Positions 1 through 8,800 of a stretch of DNA of 64,000 nucleotides are shown here, one piece after another. Every line of letters begins with the position of its first letter. Position 1 is the stretch's first letter. The translations under genes were made by a program, and so were the position numbers. The DNA is from Candidatus Cloacimonadales bacterium (GTDB taxonomy: Bacteria > Cloacimonadota > Cloacimonadia > Cloacimonadales > JAIOQZ01): the NCBI GenBank assembly GCA_963674825.1, contig OY771587.1:2112001-2176000 (forward strand), given 5' to 3'. The notes below the pieces were generated by a model. The model had not been told where the DNA came from. It was given only the letters and a program-made list of their open reading frames with translations, and did not search any database.

Positions 1-2229
1 CGGGATCAGCCTGTCGATGATCTTCAGGAGCAAGCGGACCGGTTATTCCTGCTTACGCTGGTCAGCTTCTACGACGAGGATGAACGCAAGGTTATAGAGT
101 ATTTCACGCAGGCGAAAGAAATTCTCTTTCGGATGGGTGAGAACGACCAAGCGCACATGATGAATGACATCATGGTGGGAATCCATACAGATGCCCAAGA
201 GTTTAAGGACTCGATCCCGTACGCTCTTGAAAGTATGCGGAACTACGAAAAGCTCAACGACGAATACCATCTTGCGCACATTTTAAACAACCTCGGGGTT
301 GCCTATTCGTGTTTGCATCGATTTTCGGAAGCCTTGCCGATTCTGAATCGTGGGCTTGCCCTGAATCTGAAAAACAACGAGCCGGATATCGTCAACTCAT
401 ACAACAATATTGCGAGTCTCTATCTTCGCATGAGGCTTTATAACAAGGCCCTCGCTACCTACAAGCTTGCCTTGGAAGCCTGCGATACATTTGGGCTTGA
501 TGGCATGCAGCACATGATATTGAACAACATTGCCAATATCAACACCGACCTGCAAAACTACCCGGAAGCGCTGGATTATTACCGGCAAGCGCTACAGAAT
601 TGTACCGACAACAGGAATAAGGCGATCACAATCAACAACATCGGGATGGTTTACTATTTCCAGGAGAAATACAGCGAAGCGATCGAGAACTTCGAGAAAT
701 CGCTCACGGTATGCCTGGACAACCGATTCTCCTATACCGAGGCGAAGAATCTCTATAACCTTGGTCACACGTACACAATGATTAACAGCTTTGATAAGGC
801 TCAGGCACTATTGCAGGAGGCCCGTCCGAAGATTGAGAAAACGGGCGATCTGCGGCTGCTTACAAATCTCGATGTCAGCCTGGCGGAGCTTTATATTGCA
901 CTCAAGCGCTATAAAGATGCGCTCGAGCTTCTGGAAGATATCTATCAACGTCCCCATGACGAGTACAAGGACATGGGGAATATCGAAAAAGCCTTTATCA
1001 TGCTTTTTCGCGAGACTGGTGATAGGGAGAAACTGGTTTATCATCAGAGCAAGTTGATCGAAAAGTATGAGCTCAAGCACGAGGTTGAGTTTGTTCAAAT
1101 GGTTGCGGAGATGCAAGTCGCGCTGGATTTGGAGCTGAAGGAGAAAGAAGCTGAGATGCAGCGCCAGAAGGCGTTGGAGCTTCAGCAGAAAAACGAGGAA
1201 ATTCTTGCGCAGAAACAGCAGATCGAGAAGACACTCGAAGAGTTGCGGAAGTCCGAGATCAGCTACGAATTCCTGCAGAAGGAATACCGCGAACAGCTCG
1301 GTTCCATGATCATCGGTGCAAGCGAACCGATGCAAAGGCTACTGTCACTCATCAGCATGGTGGCTGCCGCCAGCGATACTTCGGTTCTCATTACCGGTGA
1401 GACCGGTACGGGCAAGGAACTGGTGGCACGGGCGATTCACGAATTGAGTAACCGTAGCCATCGAACATTTTGTGCAGTCAATGCTTCGAGCATTCCTGAA
1501 ACCCTTTTCGAAAGCGAATTCTTCGGTTACCGAAAGAACGCCTTCACGGGTGCTGATCGGGATAAGGCCGGCTGGTTTGAAATCGCTAACGAAGGAACAC
1601 TGTTCCTGGATGAGGTGGGAACCTGGCGCTACGACATCCAATCCAAGTTTTTACGTGTACTGGAGAGCCGTAAGGTTATCCCCGTAGGTGGCGACCGGGA
1701 AATCCCCGTCGATTTTCGGCTAATCAGCGCAACAAATGATGATCTACAAAGCATGATCAAAGACAATAGCTTCCGGCCCGATCTCTACTACCGGCTGTCG
1801 TCTTTCATCATCCATATCCCACCGCTCCGTGAGCGCATCGAAGACATCCCACCGCTGCTCGAGTATTTTGTGAACTATTTCAACCAGCGTATGAACAAGA
1901 AGATTACTCGAATCGAGAAACAGATCGAAACAGCCCTTTGCCAGTACTCGTTTCCCGGCAATGTTCGCGAGCTGAAGAACATGGTTGAGCACGCAATGAT
2001 TATCTCCAATACCTCGACGCTACGGCTGTCGTCATTCTCAATTCCTCAGCAACAGGTTTTTGACGATATCGTCATTCCTTTGGATGAACACGAAAAGGCG
2101 ATGATTCTGAAGGCTCTGAAGCACACAGGATACCATCAGAGCAATGCCGCGGCGCTTTTGGGCCTGACACCGAAATCGATGGAGCGTCGCATGAAGAAGT
2201 ACAATATCGTCAATCCCAAAAAGCAATAA
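1..2229 (+). CDS. TPR-repeat sigma-54-dependent transcriptional activator (TPR-coiled coil-AAA+-Fis HTH), 5' end probably outside window
   Basis: Frame is open from base 1. TPR repeats (NNLGVAY, NNIASLY, NNIGMVY), Walker A GETGTGKE, ESEFFG, NAFTGA (GAFTGA variant), Walker B LFLDE, FRPDLYYRL, FPGNVREL, C-terminal HTH AAALLGL. Confidence 0.93.
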   Translation, partial: RDQPVDDLQEQADRLFLLTLVSFYDEDERKVIEYFTQAKEILFRMGENDQAHMMNDIMVGIHTDAQEFKDSIPYALESMRNYEKLNDEYHLAHILNNLGVAYSCLHRFSEALPILNRGLALNLKNNEPDIVNSYNNIASLYLRMRLYNKALATYKLALEACDTFGLDGMQHMILNNIANINTDLQNYPEALDYYRQALQNCTDNRNKAITINNIGMVYYFQEKYSEAIENFEKSLTVCLDNRFSYTEAKNLYNLGHTYTMINSFDKAQALLQEARPKIEKTGDLRLLTNLDVSLAELYIALKRYKDALELLEDIYQRPHDEYKDMGNIEKAFIMLFRETGDREKLVYHQSKLIEKYELKHEVEFVQMVAEMQVALDLELKEKEAEMQRQKALELQQKNEEILAQKQQIEKTLEELRKSEISYEFLQKEYREQLGSMIIGASEPMQRLLSLISMVAAASDTSVLITGETGTGKELVARAIHELSNRSHRTFCAVNASSIPETLFESEFFGYRKNAFTGADRDKAGWFEIANEGTLFLDEVGTWRYDIQSKFLRVLESRKVIPVGGDREIPVDFRLISATNDDLQSMIKDNSFRPDLYYRLSSFIIHIPPLRERIEDIPPLLEYFVNYFNQRMNKKITRIEKQIETALCQYSFPGNVRELKNMVEHAMIISNTSTLRLSSFSIPQQQVFDDIVIPLDEHEKAMILKALKHTGYHQSNAAALLGLTPKSMERRMKKYNIVNPKKQ

Positions 2230-2245
2230 TTGACGAAATCGTCAA
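2230..2245. promoter_or_regulatory. Putative upstream activator site (TTGACGA-AA-TCGTCAA; core GACG-W4-CGTC)
   Basis: Perfect 7-2-7 inverted repeat about 90 bp upstream of a sigma-54 promoter. The same core occurs three times in the mirror cassette. Confidence 0.7.
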
Positions 2246-2328
2246 AAATCGAACGTTTTACCGGCTCTGCTATCTGAAATTTTCTATATACAATCCGTAA
2301 TATGCTGCTATATCATATGATACAATAG

Positions 2329-2345
2329 TGGCATCGAACATGCAT
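2329..2345 (+). promoter_or_regulatory. Sigma-54 -24/-12 promoter TGGCATCGAACATGCAT
   Basis: GG(2330-2331)-N10-GC(2342-2343), followed by AAGGAG RBS and ATG 2370, directly downstream of a bEBP gene. Confidence 0.8.
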
Positions 2346-2369
2346 ATTCCTTCAATAAAGGAGTACTGC

Positions 2370-2708
2370 ATGCAAATATTACTGTTCAACTGCTTAGAAC
2401 GAATCAAGAGAGATCTGACTCGGCTTCTGCAATCACCGGAAGTGAGTGTTTATCTCTCCGTTTCAAAAAGCGATATCATCAGGATATTAAATTCGACGCA
2501 CATCGACATCGCCATGCTGTCCATACCGGATATCGATACAAACTTGCTCAACGTATTGCACGCATATAAGAACACCAAATTCTACTTCTTTGGTACTCCT
2601 TCATCCATGCTGACGCGCTACGATAACCTTCACGCCGTCGGTATGGATTACTCGGAGTCCGTTTTTCAACCTACCGTTATGCCTGAATGCGATAACTTGC
2701 TGCCATGA
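2370..2708 (+). CDS. Small degenerate receiver (REC)-like protein, 112 aa
   Basis: Start moved to ATG 2370 (AAGGAG RBS). MQILLFN...ILNSTHIDIAMLS resembles the CheY beta1-alpha2-beta3 pattern but lacks the acidic pocket and phosphoacceptor Asp. Confidence 0.6.
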   Translation: MQILLFNCLERIKRDLTRLLQSPEVSVYLSVSKSDIIRILNSTHIDIAMLSIPDIDTNLLNVLHAYKNTKFYFFGTPSSMLTRYDNLHAVGMDYSESVFQPTVMPECDNLLP

Positions 2709-2748
2709 AGATAAATAACACATTAATACCTATACTCGGGAGGAGTAA

Positions 2749-5700
2749 ATGAGATTTCACACAATGATTCTTGTATTGATCATGGTTTCCGTCGCTCAGC
2801 TTTCTGCCTTTGCAGGAGGTGATGGTTCATCCGAATCTCCTTATCAGGTCAGCAACATTGCTGAGCTTCAGGATGTGGAAAACAATCTGGACGCTCACTT
2901 TATTCAGACTGGAAATATTGATGCCAGCGCGACGACTACCTGGAATAACAACCATGGGTTCAATCCCATCGGCAGTAGCACGACACCATTCACCGGTAGC
3001 TACGATGGCCAGGGATACAGTATCAACGAATTGTATATCTATTCCACTGACGGAGATATCGGCCTGTTCGGCTCGTCAAACAGCGCAACGCTGTCGAACA
3101 TCGTTCTCACCGATTGCAGCGTTCGCGGTAACGACGGCACGGGCGGTTTGGTGGGCGACTCCCATAACGACACCATTACCAATTGCTGCGTGTCCGGATC
3201 TGTTGACGGAGATTATGCTAACGGTGGCCTGATTGGAAGGCTAACGGGTGGAGCCATCAGCAGTTGCTATAGTATTGCCAATGTGACCTGCATCAGTACC
3301 GGCGATCGAACAGGTGGCCTGGTGGGCAATGTCACTAGTGGCGCAAGCATCGATAACTGCTACGCTCATGGTACGGTTAGCGGAGATAATAAGGTTGGTG
3401 GCCTGGTGGGGCAAATCGATGCTTCCACAGTTACGAATTGCTACAGCACAGCCGTTGTGACGTGCGTGAACGAATTTGTCGGCGGCCTGATCAGTATATC
3501 CGAAAACGATGCCACAATCACGAATTCATACTGGAATACCGAGACCTCTGGGCAATCGACCAGCGCGGGTGGTGCAGGGAAGACCACTGACGAGATGAAA
3601 AACCTATACATGTACCACGGAGACGGATGGGATTTTGAATCGGAAACCCAGAACGGAACATCCAACACATGGGACATGGACATCAGCGGTTCGTCCAACG
3701 ACGGCTACCCCTGTCTGGCATGGGAAAACGACCAGATTTTCCTTCCGACTGCCTCGGGTACCGGTACCTCAACCGATCCTTATCAGATCGGCACCCTATA
3801 CGAACTTTTCTGGGTATCGGCGAATCAAGGTATCTGGTCCAGTGATTTCATGCAAACTGACGATATCGACGCGAACGACACCCGAAACTGGAATAACGGA
3901 ATGGGTTACAGGCCAATCGGCAAAAACAGTCCCAATCTTAACGGCGATTACGATGGGCAGGGTTTTACGATCGATGGTCTCTATATTAATCGTCCCTCTA
4001 TGGATTATGTAGGACTCTTTGGGAAATCAAGCGCAAATATCTGGATCAAGAATGTTCATATGACCAATATTGATATCACTGGGAACAATTATGTGGGGGG
4101 GATTACAGGCGAGTGCCATAATAACGCACATATCTACGATTGTTCTGTCCAGGGAGTTGTTAATGGCAATCGATATGTTGCTTGTATTGCTGGAAGGATG
4201 GAAGGCAGCAATATTACTCGATGCCGTTGTGAGGGAACCGTGAATGCATCAACCGTGAACAGTGGTGGAATCACAGGTTTCTTCTCAAGTAGTGCATCCG
4301 TTAATTATTGCGTTAGTTCAGCGACTATAAATGGAAGCGAAAATACCGGTGGTCTGGCTGGATTGGCTGCTACTGGCTCACATATCAATTATTCATATTG
4401 TACAGGACAAGTGACTGGCGGCAGTCAAGTCGGTGGATTGGTGGGCTATGCTTTCTCTACGACAATCCAATATTGTTATAGTTGTGGCCCCCTTTCGGGC
4501 GGCAGTCATGTCGGTGGATTGATTGGCGTTACTAGTGGCTCAAGTGTAAGCCATTCATTTTGGGATATGGAAGCATCAGGCAAAGCTACCAGTCCAGCAG
4601 GAACGGGACTCACAACCGCTGAGATGACATCGCTGCAGACTTTTCTCGATGATGGCTGGGATTTTGTTTCCGAAACCGCTAACGGTACGGCTGATCGCTG
4701 GGATATCGACTTGAAGGGAGATGTCAATAATGGATATCCCGTCCTTGCCTGGGAAGATGGGGACGTGTGCCTACTCGAAATCCCCTCTGGAAGCGGAACC
4801 GAAGCAGATCCCTATCAGATCGAAACCCTGATCCAGCTATGCTGGGTTTCATGTACACCTTCGACGTGGAGCAGCCATTTTGTGCAGATTGCCGATATCG
4901 ATGCCGCCGACACCGAAACATGGTTCGGGGGCCTTGGTTTCAAGCCCATCGGTAACGACGATACAGTATTCTCTGGATCATATGATGGACAATTTTATAC
5001 CATCGATGGGCTCTTCATCAATAGACCAGCCAGCGACGAGAATGGCCTGTTTGGCCAGGTCACCGGTGGGCAGATTTCCAATCTTCATGTGCTGAACTGC
5101 GACATCACAGGCAGGTATCGCACAGCCCCGATCGCCGCATCCTGCAACAATGTTACGATAACGAACTGCCATACATCCGGTACGATCAGCTCCTCAAATG
5201 GTGGTGGCGGTATCGCAGGACGAGTTTATACAACCGAAATAACAGGATGTTATTCCTCGGTCGGTGTATCCTCATATAATGAAGGTAGTTACTATGGAGG
5301 CATTACCGGAGGAGCTACGATCAACTCGACAATCGCAAATTGTTATGCAGTAGGCAACATCAGTTCAGGTAGCACGTGTGGCGGCCTGGTTGGATTGTTG
5401 GATAGTTCGACGGTTGAACACTGCTACAGTATCGGCTCCGTAACGGCTGACTCGGATGTCGGTGGACTTATCGGTGTTGCTTCTGGAACCTACTCAGTCG
5501 TTGGAGGTTTCTGGGATGTTACGACCTCAGGCCAGTCTTCCAGCGCAGGTGGTGAAGGTAAGACGACCTCATATATGAGATGCTCTATGACATACATCGA
5601 TGCCGGCTGGGACTTTGTGTCCGAGACAGCAAACGGTACGGACGACGTATGGGACATGGACCTCTTTAACAATTACAACGCTTCTTATCCGTTTCTTTCC

Positions 5701-8700
5701 TGGCAGAATGGCGACACTGAATTGTTATCTTTACCGTTGGGAAGTGGTACTGAAACGGATCCGTACCAGATCATGAACCTGATGCATCTTGTCTGGCTTT
5801 CTGCATCACCATCGGTTTGGGGCCAATACTTTCTGCAAACTGCCGATATCGACGCCAATGATACCCAGAACTGGAACAATGGAGCCGGTTTCTGGCCCAT
5901 CGGAAATAGCACGACGAATTTCACCGGTTACTACGATGGTGGCGAACACGTGATTGATGGACTTTACATTCATCCAGGAATAATGGATGTCGGTTTTTTC
6001 GGTGCAACGAATAACGCCACAATCGAGAACCTGAGCTTGACCAATGCCGATATTGATGCAAACGACGATGGAGGCGTACTTGCCGGTGAACTCAGATACT
6101 CGACCGCTACAAACTGTCACAGCAGCGGAACGGTAAGTGCCAATTACGCTGGGGGATTGATTGGATACCCTTATGACTCAATGATCACGCTCTGCTCCAG
6201 CTCGGCAAGTGCATTCGGTGATAGTGATGCCGGTGGATTGATTGGTTATTGTAGCTCTTCAGCGATCATCCAATCATTCGCAACGGGCAGTGTGGAAAGT
6301 GACGATGAAACTGGAGGCCTGGTTGGTGACTTGCTAACATCATCCATCAGCTTGTCTTTCGCAACGGGCCATGTGGAGGGAGATGACAACGTCGGTGGTC
6401 TGGCTGGTCATGTAGAGAACTCGACAATCAACCAGTCATACGCCACCGGTAACGTTACCGGTGGCCAGGATGCCGGAGGACTGGTTGGTTATCTGGAATC
6501 GGGCAATGCGTACGATTGTTTTAGCACAGGCGATACGGAAGGAGATTGGGCAGGTGGTCTGGTAAGTGATCTTGAAGGTACTGTCAATCGCTGCTATAGC
6601 ACGGGATATGTGTCCGGTAGTAATGATGAAGGAGGCCTGGTCGGGTATTTTCGAATTAGCGGCAACACGATCGCATCGTTTTGGGATGTAGAGACTTCCG
6701 GCCAGAGCACTAGTTACGGAGGTAAAGGGCTGACGTCTACAGAGATGAGGACTTCATTGGTATATATCTTGAGTGGCTGGGATTTTCCGGGTGAAACCGT
6801 AAATGGTTTTGATGATATCTGGGTGCTGGACAGCTCCATGAATGACGGTTACCCGACCTTTGCCTGGCAGGGCGGTACATCGGAATCGTTCGCTGCACCC
6901 GAAGGTGAGGGAACAACGGGTAATCCTTACTTGATCGACAGCTTGGACGATCTCATCTGGTTATCGGTAAACACGAATGCCTGGAACGGAAATATCCTGC
7001 AAATAGCCGACATCGACGCAAGTGAAACTCAGAGCTGGGTTGGAGGCAATGGCTTCATCCCGATCGGAAAAGAGGGGGACGCATTCCTCGGTAGCTATAA
7101 CGGTCAGGGATTTACGATCAGTGGACTCTACATCAATCGGAGCGATACGGAAAACGTAGGGCTTTGGGGCTATACCGACGGTGCCGAAATCACAGATGTC
7201 AACCTGACCAATGTAGTGATACGCGGCTCGGTGCAAGTCGGAGCGCTTGTTGGCACCACGACATATTCCACGGTTGTTTCCGGTTGTTCGAGCAGCGGAA
7301 GTGTGGAAGGCGCTAGTATCATCGGTGGACTCATTGGATCCTCTTACACCACTTCTATCATAGATTGCCATACTGACGGCAGTGTCGAGAGTCGTACAAC
7401 AAATGGCTGGACGGTAGGCGGCTTGGTCGGAGCGCATCGGCTTAATGGTACCATGGTTGGGTGTTATAGCGAGGCGACCGTTTCGGGAGGCTCTCAAGTT
7501 GGAGGATTAATCGGGAAGACCAACAACTCCAGCCTGTCAACGGTCGCGAAGTGCCATTGCACAGGCGACGTTACCGGAACGGGCGAATTTGCTGGTGGTC
7601 TGATCGGATATAGCGAGGACTATACATATCTTACGGATTCGTATTGCACCGGGAGTGTGACAGGCGTGAGCAACGTAGGTGGTTTGGCGGGTTCTGCTGC
7701 TTCCAGCGATACGATTACAAATTGCTACAGCAATGGTTATGTTACCGGTACTTCTTCTGTCGGTGGATTCCTGAGCGTTAACCATGGGGCGAGTATCAAT
7801 GCGTCATTCTGGGACACCGAGACTTCCGGTCAAAGCATCAGCGCTGGCGGAACTGGCAAGACAACTGCCGAAATGAAGACAATATATCCTTACATGAATG
7901 CTGGCTGGGATTTTGTTGGTGAGGTGCAAAACGGAACAGAAGATATCTGGGTCATCTTTGCTAACGAGTATCCGAGCTTCGCGATTGAATCCTCATCACC
8001 TGTCATCACGGGTGTAAACGACGTCCCGGGTGACCAGGGGCATCAGGTCGATATCGTATGGAACAAGGCATCTCATGATTGGATCTATAGCCCGAACAAC
8101 TTCTACACCGTGTGGCGTCTGGTGGTAAATACACGCTCCATTGGTTCGGAGGCAGTTATTATCGAAAATCCCGAGCAATTCGTTGAACCGAATCATGACC
8201 AAACACTGATTCTGCATCAACGGGATAACTACTGGACATGGCTGGCAACAATCCCGGCCATGATGCACAATCAATACTCCTTCATCTCGCCGACTCTGAT
8301 CGATTCCTGCGCTTCGCTTTCACCGGAGGAGTACCTGTCTACTTACATGGTTAACTACCATTTCGTAAGTGGTTACTTTGCCTCAACCGAAGCCTCTGGC
8401 TACTCGGTAGACAACATTGCGCCGTACGCTACGTCCGGAGTAACGCTTTCTTTCAATAACACGCGCACAGGGTCTGCAACGAGGTTGCCCAGTAGCACCC
8501 GAACAAATACAGCGACTCTCAGCTGGAACGAAGTCACCGAAGGCGGCCTCAACGGCAATAGCTACCCTGAAGAAAATGGTGTCTGGTACCGTGTCTATGC
8601 AGGTGAATCTCCTGATTTCTATTGTGATGACACATCTCTGCTCCAGACGACGCAGGCTACCAGTATCAATCTCAATCCCGCAGACGCGGAGAGAAGATTC

Positions 8701-8730
8701 TTCAAGATTGTGGTAAGCGATCAGCCGTAA
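2749..8730 (+). CDS. Large secreted GLUG-motif repeat protein, five tandem modules, 1993 aa
   Basis: GGAGGAG RBS and signal peptide. Five modules each begin GxGxxxxPYxI/V and contain QxxDIDA, PIG, Y(D/N)G, many GGLVG repeats and WDxETSGQ. The C-terminus is not of the FlgD type. Confidence 0.88.
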   Translation: MRFHTMILVLIMVSVAQLSAFAGGDGSSESPYQVSNIAELQDVENNLDAHFIQTGNIDASATTTWNNNHGFNPIGSSTTPFTGSYDGQGYSINELYIYSTDGDIGLFGSSNSATLSNIVLTDCSVRGNDGTGGLVGDSHNDTITNCCVSGSVDGDYANGGLIGRLTGGAISSCYSIANVTCISTGDRTGGLVGNVTSGASIDNCYAHGTVSGDNKVGGLVGQIDASTVTNCYSTAVVTCVNEFVGGLISISENDATITNSYWNTETSGQSTSAGGAGKTTDEMKNLYMYHGDGWDFESETQNGTSNTWDMDISGSSNDGYPCLAWENDQIFLPTASGTGTSTDPYQIGTLYELFWVSANQGIWSSDFMQTDDIDANDTRNWNNGMGYRPIGKNSPNLNGDYDGQGFTIDGLYINRPSMDYVGLFGKSSANIWIKNVHMTNIDITGNNYVGGITGECHNNAHIYDCSVQGVVNGNRYVACIAGRMEGSNITRCRCEGTVNASTVNSGGITGFFSSSASVNYCVSSATINGSENTGGLAGLAATGSHINYSYCTGQVTGGSQVGGLVGYAFSTTIQYCYSCGPLSGGSHVGGLIGVTSGSSVSHSFWDMEASGKATSPAGTGLTTAEMTSLQTFLDDGWDFVSETANGTADRWDIDLKGDVNNGYPVLAWEDGDVCLLEIPSGSGTEADPYQIETLIQLCWVSCTPSTWSSHFVQIADIDAADTETWFGGLGFKPIGNDDTVFSGSYDGQFYTIDGLFINRPASDENGLFGQVTGGQISNLHVLNCDITGRYRTAPIAASCNNVTITNCHTSGTISSSNGGGGIAGRVYTTEITGCYSSVGVSSYNEGSYYGGITGGATINSTIANCYAVGNISSGSTCGGLVGLLDSSTVEHCYSIGSVTADSDVGGLIGVASGTYSVVGGFWDVTTSGQSSSAGGEGKTTSYMRCSMTYIDAGWDFVSETANGTDDVWDMDLFNNYNASYPFLSWQNGDTELLSLPLGSGTETDPYQIMNLMHLVWLSASPSVWGQYFLQTADIDANDTQNWNNGAGFWPIGNSTTNFTGYYDGGEHVIDGLYIHPGIMDVGFFGATNNATIENLSLTNADIDANDDGGVLAGELRYSTATNCHSSGTVSANYAGGLIGYPYDSMITLCSSSASAFGDSDAGGLIGYCSSSAIIQSFATGSVESDDETGGLVGDLLTSSISLSFATGHVEGDDNVGGLAGHVENSTINQSYATGNVTGGQDAGGLVGYLESGNAYDCFSTGDTEGDWAGGLVSDLEGTVNRCYSTGYVSGSNDEGGLVGYFRISGNTIASFWDVETSGQSTSYGGKGLTSTEMRTSLVYILSGWDFPGETVNGFDDIWVLDSSMNDGYPTFAWQGGTSESFAAPEGEGTTGNPYLIDSLDDLIWLSVNTNAWNGNILQIADIDASETQSWVGGNGFIPIGKEGDAFLGSYNGQGFTISGLYINRSDTENVGLWGYTDGAEITDVNLTNVVIRGSVQVGALVGTTTYSTVVSGCSSSGSVEGASIIGGLIGSSYTTSIIDCHTDGSVESRTTNGWTVGGLVGAHRLNGTMVGCYSEATVSGGSQVGGLIGKTNNSSLSTVAKCHCTGDVTGTGEFAGGLIGYSEDYTYLTDSYCTGSVTGVSNVGGLAGSAASSDTITNCYSNGYVTGTSSVGGFLSVNHGASINASFWDTETSGQSISAGGTGKTTAEMKTIYPYMNAGWDFVGEVQNGTEDIWVIFANEYPSFAIESSSPVITGVNDVPGDQGHQVDIVWNKASHDWIYSPNNFYTVWRLVVNTRSIGSEAVIIENPEQFVEPNHDQTLILHQRDNYWTWLATIPAMMHNQYSFISPTLIDSCASLSPEEYLSTYMVNYHFVSGYFASTEASGYSVDNIAPYATSGVTLSFNNTRTGSATRLPSSTRTNTATLSWNEVTEGGLNGNSYPEENGVWYRVYAGESPDFYCDDTSLLQTTQATSINLNPADAERRFFKIVVSDQP

Positions 8731-8754
8731 AACAGGGACTCCTTACGTAAAGGA

Positions 8755-8781
8755 AAAGGGCAGCCGATCTGGCTGCCCTTT
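8755..8781. terminator. Bidirectional intrinsic terminator
   Basis: AAAGGGCAGCC-GATCT-GGCTGCCCTTT hairpin between convergent genes. Confidence 0.8.
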
Positions 8782-8800
8782 GTCGCATCGGAAGGTTGCG

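Noticed and set aside
2252..2263. Second enhancer copy in cassette 1 (AACG-TTTT-ACCG)
   Set aside because: Too degenerate relative to GACG-W4-CGTC to call.
2328..2369. ORF-track N-terminal extension of the REC-like gene
   Set aside because: Overlaps the sigma-54 promoter; the RBS supports ATG 2370. Similar over-extensions were trimmed at 15831, 18069, 19676, 44193, 44753, 48953 and 63492.
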